DNA of 64,000 nucleotides from Candidatus Aminicenantes bacterium (lineage in GTDB: Archaea; Nanobdellota; Nanobdellia; Woesearchaeales; JAFCCF01): the NCBI GenBank assembly GCA_017610325.1, contig JAFCCF010000001.1:12950-76949 (forward strand), read 5' to 3'. The notes beneath the pieces were generated by a model. The model ran no database searches and was not told the DNA's origin. It worked only from the letters and a program-made list of their open reading frames with translations. Shown one piece after another: positions 47,604 to 60,000 of this stretch (positions are counted from its first letter, which is position 1; each line of letters opens with the position of its first letter). The translations under genes and the position numbers were made by a program.

Positions 47604-50585
47604 ATGTCAAAAAAAGGACAGATTACACTATTTATGGTATTAGGGTTAGTTATTTTGTTCATCTTTGGCTTTGTTCTTATTCTAAGCAATAGTTCTACAG
47701 ATACAACTGAGGTTGAAGAGATATATGCGGATTTTCTCAAGAGTGTTCCAGTTAAGGAATATGCGACCCTGTGCATTGGTGAGGCAACAAAAGAAGGTCT
47801 GAGGCTGCTCGGCAACCAGGGCGGTAAAATCTATAATCACCAGGCAAATGCAACCAGTGTTGCACTAGCACCAATCTATCATTTAAATCCGCAGCCAAAA
47901 CCAATCGCATATGGTTATTATGTAATTCCTTACAATATAAGTGGCAGATGGTACAATGTGTCGTTTGGCATAAAGGATCGCATATCATACCCTTTTACAG
48001 GAGCGCAGAATTACCCTTATATTGACCTTATCCAGAAAAAGAATGTATCGCTTCTTGTGGAACCAAACCTGCTTATACCAACAGAAGACCCGTTCCTTCC
48101 ATTTTCAAAGAAACACCCTCGCAGGTCATTTGGCTACCTGAACCAGTTATGCGATTGCGAGGGTCTTAACAAGCCAGGAAGCAATGTGGCAAGCTGGAGC
48201 TGTGAAACATATGACTGTGAATATGACCTTAGTATGAACCTGCTCCCTGTCAGGAAATCAATGCAGGATTATCTGCAGTTGTATATCAAGAACAAGACAT
48301 TAGAATGCTTGAACATCTCTATTTTTAGGGGATATAATATTAAGGTGGGAAAGCCAGTAGTAAGCTCTGTAATCGGCGATACAGATGTATCAGTGCATGT
48401 TAACCTGCCGCTATTAATAAATGTGTCTGGCAAGGTTTACACAGAGACATTATACTTCTATAAAAATGAAAAAGTCAGGCTCAAGCTTATACATGAGCTT
48501 GCCACCCGTTTGATTAGGGATGATGCAAAAAACATATTCTTTGTTCCAGAGGTTCATACAGATTATCTGCAGGACTGCAGGCTGATTCAGGGCTCTACAA
48601 AATGCCTGCGAGATGGCATGAGTGTCACACGCATAAGAGACCCTGGCACCAGCACAGAAGTAACAGACAGGTATGGGCATGACAACACTTTATATTATTA
48701 TAATGGAAGGTTTGCAGATATAATCAACATAACAGACACAGAATCTGAGCTTGACGGCAAGCCATATTCTTTTTTCTATGCAATTGAGAACAGAAGACCG
48801 GCTTTGGACCTGATGCATGAAACAGAAGGCAGTAATTATGATTCCCTGTATGACTTTGTTGTTTATGAGGGAACTGAACTGCTGCTTGAGCCGTGGGGAT
48901 TTGACCCAGATGGAGATTCTTACGGGGTATGCAAGAGAAACGAACAGGATTGCATGGATTACACTTACCAATATACTGGCTGGAAAGCAGAGTATGAGCA
49001 GGACTTTATCTGGGACAGCTCAGGAAATATTACAGGTGTCTGGCTGACTGAAGCGCACAACCCACAATCAATGAACTTTACACTTACAAACCGGTTTGAC
49101 CCGCACAAGCACAATGACCCATATATATCTGAAAGATTTTTTTCAGATTATCAAGCACAACAGAAATTTACCTGCAGATACCCTTCTGCTTATCCTATAC
49201 TTTCATCTATTTGTTCAGATTACGGTAATAAATGGGAAACATCAAAAGCATACACCCAGACAAACCGCGTTGCAAACTACACAACAAACAGCTCAGATGT
49301 AGGGCCGCATGTTGTTAATATTACAATTATAGATAACAATGGCTTAATGGATTGGCAGTTGATAAGGATACTAGTGTATAATGTGATTGGGCCAGGACAC
49401 CCAGGCACAGATGCCCAAGCAATGACTCCTAACAAGATTGAAAATATCCGCGCTTCGGTTGAAGACCCATACACATTCAAGATTACACCCCTAAACACAA
49501 GGATAGATGGAACAACACACTATACCTGGAAAGACTATGATGAATCTCCAAACCCGCGTAAGTGGGGTCCGTTTGCAGACAGCAATGGCTATGCTGTACA
49601 GCAACTGTTGAAAAACACCGATAATCCAATAGGCATATTCACTAGCACGGGAACCCACAACATAAAGCTTGCGATAACAAACCCATTAGTGATTGCCACC
49701 TTTAATGTTGAGGTATACAATTGCCTGCCATACAGGAACCCAAACTCAGCACCATACCCTTTCAACAGGTTTGCATATGATTTATTTACTGATGATAATA
49801 TTCCAAGCACCCCTGGCTTTGATCCTGAGAAAGACTTTCTTGCAGATCATATATGCTGCAGTGGCATTGGCACTGCGCCAGGCGGCACTATTTGGGGTAC
49901 GCTAAAGTTTGGTGGGCTCCCTTGTTATACTTTTCATGTGCCAGAAACCTGCGGTCCGCCAGGCAACCAACCAATACCCCCAGCAGACCTTGTTGTCAGG
50001 TCAGTCTCAGGCAAGCAGCTCCAGCACATAGCTGAAAGACCAAGTGGAATAGGCGCAACCACTACTTCACCTTCAAATGCAGTTTATGTAAGAACATTTA
50101 CCCAAGCATGCAGTGGCAGCAGGGGAAATGCATGTTCAGGAACCCCCATAGATGATTGGAGGGTCAAGTTTGATTGCGACACCAGAACACCAATCAACAC
50201 ACATAAACAAGAATCTTGTCAGGGTATATTTGGAACAGCAACACAGTATAATACATGTATGAATGATGTCAAGACAACAGGAAAGCCATCAGCTTCAACA
50301 ACATTCCCTGCAGATACAAGTCAATGTCATTTGTTTGATGCTGGTGAGAGCTGGGAAAAAAATGTGCTTGGAACAGGTAATGGTATTTGCCATAAGGAAT
50401 ACAAATGCACAAAAAACCCTGGCGCAGGTGACGGCTACAAAAATCCAGGCACCTCCACCCCATCTGCCCCATATACTCATCGATGTCAAGCTGGGTGCAG
50501 TAATGGGGGCTGCACAGCAGCAATTAACTGCGTACAGTGCCCAACTAAATGTATTCCGCAGAGCGGCGATGATGTGTGCATTTAA
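47604..50585 (+). CDS. Large protein with class III (type IV prepilin-like) signal peptide and Cys-rich C-terminus
   Basis: MSKKG|QITLFMVLGLVILF; DPDGD and PKD/Ig-like segments; Cys-rich tail. Confidence 0.8.
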   Translation: MSKKGQITLFMVLGLVILFIFGFVLILSNSSTDTTEVEEIYADFLKSVPVKEYATLCIGEATKEGLRLLGNQGGKIYNHQANATSVALAPIYHLNPQPKPIAYGYYVIPYNISGRWYNVSFGIKDRISYPFTGAQNYPYIDLIQKKNVSLLVEPNLLIPTEDPFLPFSKKHPRRSFGYLNQLCDCEGLNKPGSNVASWSCETYDCEYDLSMNLLPVRKSMQDYLQLYIKNKTLECLNISIFRGYNIKVGKPVVSSVIGDTDVSVHVNLPLLINVSGKVYTETLYFYKNEKVRLKLIHELATRLIRDDAKNIFFVPEVHTDYLQDCRLIQGSTKCLRDGMSVTRIRDPGTSTEVTDRYGHDNTLYYYNGRFADIINITDTESELDGKPYSFFYAIENRRPALDLMHETEGSNYDSLYDFVVYEGTELLLEPWGFDPDGDSYGVCKRNEQDCMDYTYQYTGWKAEYEQDFIWDSSGNITGVWLTEAHNPQSMNFTLTNRFDPHKHNDPYISERFFSDYQAQQKFTCRYPSAYPILSSICSDYGNKWETSKAYTQTNRVANYTTNSSDVGPHVVNITIIDNNGLMDWQLIRILVYNVIGPGHPGTDAQAMTPNKIENIRASVEDPYTFKITPLNTRIDGTTHYTWKDYDESPNPRKWGPFADSNGYAVQQLLKNTDNPIGIFTSTGTHNIKLAITNPLVIATFNVEVYNCLPYRNPNSAPYPFNRFAYDLFTDDNIPSTPGFDPEKDFLADHICCSGIGTAPGGTIWGTLKFGGLPCYTFHVPETCGPPGNQPIPPADLVVRSVSGKQLQHIAERPSGIGATTTSPSNAVYVRTFTQACSGSRGNACSGTPIDDWRVKFDCDTRTPINTHKQESCQGIFGTATQYNTCMNDVKTTGKPSASTTFPADTSQCHLFDAGESWEKNVLGTGNGICHKEYKCTKNPGAGDGYKNPGTSTPSAPYTHRCQAGCSNGGCTAAINCVQCPTKCIPQSGDDVCI

Positions 50586-50630
50586 AACAAAATTTTTTTC
50601 TGCAAGGAACCCAATATTACTAAATATGTA

Positions 50631-50750
50631 ATAGTATTACTTAACTTAGTCTAATGTGCCTTAGTATCATTTAGTGTGTATTAGTATTCTTTAATATGTG
50701 TTAATATTCCTTAATATTCCTTAATGTGTTTTAATGTGTCTTAATATTCA
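50631..50750 (+). repeat. Array of ~12 degenerate 10-bp units (consensus TTARTRTNNN)
   Basis: atagtattac, ttaacttagt, ctaatgtgcc, ttagtatcat, ttagtgtgta, ttagtattct, ttaatatgtg, ttaatattcc x2, ttaatgtgtt, ttaatgtgtc, ttaatattca, all in exact 10-bp register. Confidence 0.8.
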
Positions 50751-50856
50751 GTTAGATCTAGTAAGAATATATGGTAAGAATATAATCATATAGAAAACTT
50801 TAAATAATACTTAGTATGTAATTATACACAATAGTATACACTAATGTGATTTTAAG

Positions 50857-51003
50857 ATGAAGGAACGGATTACAATCACTATTGATAAAAAATTTCTTAA
50901 GTGGTTAGATGAAAAAGTCAAGGCAAGAGTCTTTGCAAATAGGTCTCATGGCTTTGAATTTTTGATACAAAAGAAAATTGAGGGAGAAAATGAGGAAAAG
51001 TAG
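50857..51003 (+). CDS. Unannotated 48-aa ribbon-helix-helix (CopG/MetJ-like) DNA-binding protein
   Basis: MKERITITIDKKFLKWLDEKVKARVFANRSHGFEFLIQKKIEGENEEK: alternating beta strand, helix A, NRS turn, helix B. It overlaps the start of the giant gene. Confidence 0.85.
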   Translation: MKERITITIDKKFLKWLDEKVKARVFANRSHGFEFLIQKKIEGENEEK

Positions 51004-54000
51004 TGGATTTACTTATTTTGCGATTATTTCACTAGTTTTTATTATCTTTAACTCTTATCCTATTCTCGCAGATGGTGAATGCTGTGCAAATCCTTTGGCA
51101 ACAGATATCTGGTGTGTTCCTGGGACATCTGGGGCACCTGTAACTCAGGTTCTTTGCTGTTCAGATGCACTTTTTAGCAGCTTCTGGGACACAAGCCAGC
51201 AATATGCCTCTGTTCCTGACAGTGAAAATAATTGCATAAGCAACTTTTATGATGCTGGTCCAAGCCCTGACTGCACCACAACTAGTAATGCCTGGGTTAA
51301 TACAATGTGTTTCCAAGGTTCTACAACAAGTACGACCACCACCACGCTGGCAACATCTTCCACATCAAGCACAACAACAACCCTTGGTTCAACCACATCT
51401 TCCACTATTAGTTCCACAACAACGATAAGCATAACCTCAACAAGTTCCACATCAACTTCGTCTACCACCACCACACTATGGCTGTACGAGGTCTGCGACA
51501 ATGGCATTGACGACGATGGCAATGGCAGGATTGACTGCGCTGATGGCTATTGTCTTGCAACAAATGCGGTTTGTACCCCTGGGATTTCAGGTAGTAAATG
51601 CTCATGGACAACAAATAGTGGGTCCACTTACAGGTGTTGTGCTTTTTCCAGTGACTGTGATAATGACAACTATGACGAAACATGCGGCGAATGCCCATGC
51701 ATAGTTTTAGCAGAAGCACCTTCCAGCCTCGCTGTTGCACATCAATCTGGCTGGAATTTCAGGCTTACCTGGTTAGTGAGTTGCACAGCAGGAGTCACGT
51801 TTGATGTTTATAGGTGCGAGGGCATTGGCTGTAACCCAATCCTTAAGAGGAATTCTGCACCAGTAACTAATATGTATTTCACAGATACAATCCAGAAAGC
51901 AAACACAGGATATTGTTATGAAGTAAGGGCAAATTATGGGGGTATCCAAGTAAGGTCTAATATTGTGTGCCAAACTTCTGGAGATAGAATCTGCCTGGAT
52001 AATCCGCAGGGCGGGGAATTCTGCGAGACAGCAGTAACACCTACGAAGAGGACCAGATGCGATTCAAGCAACCGCAAGATAGAGGTAGAGGACTGTTTGG
52101 TGGATTATGGTTATGATTATAGGTGTTATGGCCCGTATGGCCAGGGTAGAGAGACAAAGTGCGTACAATATTCTGGCTGCTGGCGCTGTAATTACCTTCT
52201 TGAATTTTTTGGTAACCCATCATACTCAATGGTTTCATATCTTGATGGCATAGAGCTTAAGCAGACACTCTGCAAGGATTATGAATTCTGTTACTATGAT
52301 TCAACTCCAACAATCGCAAACGAGTACATTGACTGCAGTGTTGTTACTGCTGGCAATGGCTGTTATGAATATAATTCAAGGCAGGCATGCGAACAATCAA
52401 ATTTGCAGGATTCGCCTTTCAACAACCGCTGCTTGCAGAGAAACTGTACTTGGAACTGGATATCACAGGAGCTTGGAACCGGAGTGTGCATTGAACAGGA
52501 TGTAAATCTTCAGAAGTGCGAGCTATGTACCCCAGACTTTGTTGCTGGAGATGCTTCACCAAATAAGGTATTTAATCTGTGTGATGTAGCCACATGCAAA
52601 TTATATGGTGAATGTTATCCAAAGGATATTGATAAAGATGGCACGCTGAAAAATTATAATGCACTGGGCCTCACCCAGAACGAAGAGTGTATATCAAAAT
52701 CAAGGGTTTCCTGCGAGGACTTTGGGCAGCAGGAATGCATTGCAACACCATCAGATGGCCAGAGCGGTTCTCAGGCAGTGGCAGTGGATGCAGCTTATCA
52801 AGACCCGAATGACAGGACAACGCGAATTAGCGGCACACACCAGCTGAAAAGAACAAGTTATGATTATTTTGAGTTCGGGGTTTGTGCATATCGGGGCAAC
52901 AGGTGCTTCAAGGACGCAGATAATACAACCACATCTGACCCCAATCCATTGGACATGACCCCACCAATGACAATCATTGACAATGGCCTTGTGCTTGGAA
53001 CACTACAGCTTGCTGTGCAGGTTGTAGATGAAAAGCCAGCAGGCACAGTATGCTCGCCTGCAAGTAATTGTACCGGTCCTCTGGCACTTTACACATGCAT
53101 TGTTAATTCAACCCCTACCCAGGACAACTGTTATCCAACTGATTCTGTTACAATTGATTCAAATGGAATTGGAATCATCGATAATTATATTGGCTATGGC
53201 AATGGCACATACAAGATATTTTATTATGCAGAGGATAATGCAAACAACCTTGAAGAAATCAAATATATTAATGTAACCATTGACAGGGACCCGCCATCCA
53301 TTGACCTGGATTATTTTGTTCTAAGGTCAAATTCTGCGCCTTTCAATGACAGTAATGTTACTATGTTTATCACCACGGACCAGATTGCAGTGTGCAATGA
53401 CCGCTTCTACACCTCACCATCATCTTATCGATCAAGGCTGAATAGCAGCAACGGGGCATTCTTTGAGGTAAACTACACCAGCCTCTTTGATGGTTATTAC
53501 AATTACTTTATCTCGTGCATTGATGGGTTTGGAAACAACAGAACACTGGACACATACATTAGGGTTAATGCAGATGACCGGATTAATACAACCTATCCAA
53601 ATGGTACAATTGATACTACAAGCCCCACTTTGATTATTTCAACAAACAGCCAGGCAACAGAGTGCGTCTACAAGCTCGCAGACCAGGACTGGTCAGATGC
53701 AATACAGTTTGATGTTGGGACAGAAAGCAGTTCACGCACTTATTGGAATTATTCCAAGCAATTAACTGGCCTTGCAGACGGAAGATACACTTATGATGTA
53801 AGGTGCACAATCAATCTGCAGCCATCATATGACCAGATAAGCTTTGTTGTGGACACTGCATCTCCAACCACCTTGGCAATTGACGGGTTAGGCCTTCCAT
53901 ATGATTTTATTGAGCCAAAGAGCTCCCATCGGGTCTACCTGCGGTGCAATGACCAGCCAGCTGGCGGCTTTGGCTGCATGAATACATATTACTGCAAGGG

Positions 54001-57000
54001 CTCTTTCCAGTGCACGCCCGACACAATTTACACAACAGGTCCAATTGAGATTATCGGCGAGCCTTTCTTCTGCTTTTTCTCTGAGGAGAACAGCAGGACC
54101 CACCTTGGTCAGACAATGGGTGGCAAGAACGAATCTGTTGTATGCAGGACCCTAATTACAGATAACATGGACCCACACTTATTTGTGGATATACTGGCTG
54201 AGCTTGCCTTAAATGAATATTTCCTCACAAACCAGAACCCGCTTACAGTAACCGGAACAATAATCGATTATACTTATGACATGTGGGACAGTGATGCTAC
54301 CTGGATAAGCAGTCTATCAAATAATGAGTATGTTGAAGACAATTACGTGTTCACAGATTATAACCTCAGCGCAAACTTCACATTCACTGGTGAATCTGTT
54401 GAGTTTTGGTTTGCGCATGTAAATTCAAGCAAATATTATTATATTTATATTGATAGTTCTGATGACTTCCCAAACAAACAGAATATATACCTTTACAAAA
54501 AAGGCCAGACAGCGCCAGTTGTACCAGGTCAGGAAAACATTAATGTGCTTGAAAACAAAGAGATTATCCTAAATATCACAATTAAGTTAGGCAACTTTGA
54601 GGTTATTCTTAACGGCGAGGCACTGCCTGGTGGGGCAATCACATTTGCATTTGGAGATGCTAGCTATGGCGCAGGAAAAATTGGCGCAAAGGCCCATGCA
54701 AGCAGCACAATTGACTTTGAGGACTTGGTTATCCTTGAATCTGATATGGCTTCCAATAATGAGATTAGGTTAGTGGTGAATGGCGAGACACTGACTACCG
54801 GAGTTTTGGAAAGCAATTTAAGGAACTTTCAACAGTTCAGCTTGGATTCTAACTTAATTGGTGATTATTCAAACTGTAAACAGTGCAGCAGGCTCCAGTT
54901 AACTGCAATTGACAGAGCAGGTAATGATTATGTTAAATATTATCATGTGTATCTTGACCAGAACGGTCCATTCTTTGACAACACATCTATTAAAATGTAT
55001 GATTTTGAGGGAAGTGAAGCCCAGAATGTGGAATACGGAGAAAACACCACTCTGAAAATAAGGGTTTATGATACAGACAATTACAAGGCAACAGTAAATG
55101 TAACAAATGTGACACTTGAGTTTAACAACCATAATTATACACTTGTTAATATAAGCGAACAGTTGCATGACACTTACTGGGAATCTATGGTTGTGACTGA
55201 TGACCTAGGGGTTGGAAGTTATATTCTAACATTTTATGCAAGAGACGCCCTGAACAACATAAACAGCACAATTATTTCAAGAACATTGAATATAACTGAT
55301 ACAAGGGCGCCTTCCTTTGATGTAGTTATATATAATGATTCAGCTAGGACAAACCAGGTTGGTGTTGTAACAATGGGTGCTTATTATGCAAAGATGAACT
55401 CAAGCGAACCATCATTAATAAGGCATTTTAACCTCACGCCACTGGGCTTTACTGCAGAAAACATATTTGTAAACTGTGATAATCGCGGACAATATGCCAC
55501 CAGCTGGCAATGTTCATTTTCAATTGATAATGTGAATTTCCTGGATAAAAACGAGAGATTGCTTAATTTCAAGTTCCTGGCAACAGACAACCATGGAATA
55601 AACCAGACGCAGATTCAGCCAGGATATATAATCCTAAACACAACAGGACCGCAGCCGCCAATATTTGACCCAAACATAAACCACGGTAGTTCGCCAAATA
55701 CCTACGCAAACACATATCCAGACTACCTTACTTCTTACAGTGATGAGTCAACAGACGTGTTCTACACAAACAAGAGCAAGTTGTTTATCACAGGGGCAAG
55801 TGCCCAGTCAAACCATGTAATACTATCAACGCAGGTTGCAGAGAACCAGCCAAATGATGTGATATACACTCAGCAGACAGTCACTAAGCTAGCAGATACA
55901 GCAAACCTGAACTCAGCAGGATTTGGTGTTTCAGTTGCAAATGTTGGCGCAACTGAGATTAAGTTTGAGGGAATTGATTTAACAAGCGATCTAATTAGCA
56001 CTGCTGGTAGCTACCTCATGTTCACAAACCACGACAGGAAAACATACGAGCATTACAAAGAATATTATGCTGTCACAAACAGTATGTATGATGGTTACCT
56101 GACCACAATCTACCTGGCCTCCCCTTTAGAAGGTGCAGTTTCCAAGGATGAGCTTATCAATGTTTATGACAAGCAAAGGTCCAGGGACACGTTTGCCCTA
56201 TACTCAGCCGAACTTACAGACGGCGTAAACAAATTGTTTGCAAAAGGCGTTAACCAACTGGGAAACAAGGGCAGGGAATCAGTAATCCATAACATCTTCT
56301 TTGATGACGAATCTCCGGATGATGTGTTCAGCATACCCTACAGGAACTGGACAATTGGTGATTATTATACAAACATTACCTTCGAAGTGAGGGATAGAAA
56401 TCCAAGTTCAGGCATCAGGCTGATTGATACAAACATAGCCCTGAGATATACGAACACAACTGGAACATATACTCTATACACCAACACAATCCCTTATCTC
56501 CTAGATGCAACATATGCGAATGGCACCTCAAAGGACGGCAATTATAATTATTCATTGCTTGTGTTTGACACAGGGGAGTTCATAAGCACAAGCTACTATC
56601 CTTTGCCAGATGGAAAATATGATGTTACTATATTTCTTAGGGACAGGGCTCATAACTACCTCGCAGGGCAATGGCAGTTCTGGATTAAGCTTGGTGTGCC
56701 TGATATGCCAAACATATCCCTAGCTGACAACGCAGCGTTTACTGCCATAGATAATCCAAATGACATGAATGCCGTTGACGATAGGTTCTTCATAAACCAG
56801 ACCACAGGATATGGTGTGTTGATTGAATATCCAGTAACAGAGACAAACATTGACATAATCTACATCAACATGAGCCCACATGATGCAAAGATAACATGCA
56901 GCAAGGCAACCAATACAAGGTTTGAGTGCAGCTTTGACAATGCACTTGTTGCAAACAAGGATTATGAGATAATGTACACCTCACAAAGGGTGCTGAGCAA

Positions 57001-60000
57001 TGGAAGTAATGGGCCCAAGGTAAACCGCACATTTTACATCACAACTGATAACATTAGCCCCCAGGTAACAGCTATGCAGTTCTTTGATGTGTCGCGCGTA
57101 AACAACACAAACTTTGAGCTGAATATCACCGGATTAAATGAGATGTATGATGTTCTGGTTAAAGTATACCTCGGTAATATCACGCTGGATGAAATTATAA
57201 CCTCTGACAGCTTGATACAGTTCAACAACCTTAACATACCTGATCTTGCTGATATGGGATATAACTTGAAAGCAATCCTGATTGACCAGGCAGGAAATTC
57301 ATTCCCAAAATCAGGCATCCTGACAATTGATAACACTGCACCTGGCGTGAGCGTAACTTCTGTTGCACCAGTAACTAAGGGCATAATGAATACTGGCCTG
57401 ACAAGCTGGATAACTGGCGATGATAATGTTTCTATCAAGGGTGTATATGCTGATGCAAGCATTGATTATATCTGCTACTTTAACCCACATTTTGCACTGT
57501 TTAGCTGTAGCAGGAATGTAAACACAGCAACCATACACCAAGGTAATAATACCTATCAATTGTATGCAAGGGTCTTTGGCCAGGAAAATGGCTCTGATGT
57601 ATATAATAACATAACAATCACCGCAGTTGACAGGGCTGGAAACAGCAGAAGCAGGAGCATAAACCTAACTGCAGATAGGTCACCGCCTATTGTGAATCTG
57701 ACAGCACCCAGGGTTGGAATCACAAGCATACTGACTCCAACAATTGTTGTGTCTACAGACGAAGTATCAAACTGTAATCTGTCATACAATACTATATCTA
57801 ACGCAGCAATGACCGGAGCGCCAAACAACACGCACGTGTACACTGTTACAACCAGTTTGGCAACTAACCAGAACAACACATTCAGGGTAGAGTGCAGGGA
57901 CCAGCTAGGCAACATTGGCGAGGAAACATACTACATTTATGCAGATACCATAACTCCAATAATCAACGGTGTGACTGTGACACCAGGTTTCCTTAACCAT
58001 AGCTCAACTAGCTTTAGCATGTATGTTGTGTACAGTCAGGTAGTTGAGCCATACCTAACAGTAAACCTTAATGAGTTGTCAATATGTAGGTATGGCACAA
58101 GCAATATATACAATACAATGCAGAAATTCCCTGGATATAATGAGTCACAGTATAGCATACAGCACAATTCTCTTTCAATTAGGAATATGTTGGTTGAGAA
58201 CCAAACAACTTACTTATATGTGGCATGCGAGGACCGGGGCGGAAACGTTGCAAATGTTTATAGGGTTGGAATCAAGCTTGACCCTGATGCGCCAATTATG
58301 CCGTTTAACCCCCAACCAACAGGATTTGTTACAACAAATGAGCCAAATGTGTCTGTGAACACGTACAGGTTAGCAAGATGGTGTGGAATAACATCTATAA
58401 ATGGTGGTGCACCAATCAACATTTCACTTGAATGGAAGGGGCAGGATACAACTACTGGAATCCAAACATATGCCCGCATATTACAGGGATTGCAAGAAGG
58501 CCAGACATACACTATCGAGATAAGCTGTGCAGCAAGTCCGCGCGGCTCAGTTACATTCAGCTTTACGATTGACACAGAAGGCCCAGCAACGATTATTGAG
58601 GTCCAGTCAAGCTCATACAAACCAAATATATATGTGATGTTTAATGAGGGTGTCACGATTAAGAGCGCCATCTTGACAGGCCCTTCTGGCACAGTTACAG
58701 TCCAAGGTCAGCAGCACACTACCAGTAATTACACATATGTCCCTATTCAGAATCTGACAAACACAACATACACGTTCAGTGTTGTTGCAACTGATTCAAG
58801 GGGCAATTCAAAGGAAACAACAAAATTATTTACCCTTCCAATTGATTACCTTAACATAACCCTTATAAAGCCAATCGATGGCTGGATAAATGAGACAACC
58901 TTTGAGGTTGTAATAGAAACAGACAGGAGAGCAATGTGCAGGTATGACCGAAATTATCGCAACTATACTGGAATGAACAAGGACTTCACAACAAGCAATA
59001 GAATAACCCACAAGATAGATGATTTTAATTACAGCGAGACCAATAAGCTTATCTTTGTAACATGCAGGGACCTGTACGGGGCAGCCACACCTGTGCCAAA
59101 ATTAATAGAATTCATGTATGATCCAGTTGCACCAGTAATAACTACAAGTGTAAGCCCAAGAACAGTTGCAGAATACCTTGTATTAAATGGAAGCTCGCAG
59201 TTATTTACAAAACTCACGATTGATTCAGATAAGCCCGCATTCTGTAGATACAGTCGCACCTCTGACGTGTACGAACTAATGGAACACCAGACAAAGAACA
59301 AGTCAAGGCACCACGAAGTTTACATAACTGGCTTGGTTGATGGCATGTCTTATAATTATAATGTGCGATGCATAAGCCTGGCAAATGTTGTAAGTAATTA
59401 TGAAGTTGTATCATTTGATGTTGACATAACACAGCCAGTGCAGATCATAAGCGTGACACCTGCATCAGGTTCATACCTTGGCAGCGGCTCAGGAGTAAAA
59501 CTAAATGTATCAACCAATAAGCATGCAGACTGTAGGGTAAACTCATCAAGCAATGGCCTGAGTTATATTTCTTCGCTGAGCTTAAACAAGGTTAACCATT
59601 GGTTTAACCTGCCAACACTTACAAGGGAGGGCGAGTTTGACTTTAATATTTGGTGTATGGATATTAACCGGGATACTGTTTCTGCTGTTGTAAGGCTTAT
59701 ATTTGACAAGACAGCCCCTTCAGACCCAGAGATTGAATATGTGTATGCCTGCACAGACAACGAGATTAAGGCAAGGGTCAAGTCAGAGGATAACCTGACT
59801 GGCATAGTTGGTTACAATTATTCGCTTGTTGACGATACAAATGGTTCAGACTTGATAGAGCACAAGTACGAGAGCGGTGATGATGATGAGATTATAAGGA
59901 TTAGATATGATGATTATGGTAGGCTGGAGCTTAACACGAGCCACTATTATGTACTGAGTGTGTGGGCTAAGAATGGCGCTGGCTTGTACAGCAGAGAGGT

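Noticed and set aside
50631..50750. Repeat array as a CRISPR or a coding repeat
   Set aside because: The units are contiguous degenerate 10-mers with no spacers and are full of stop codons.
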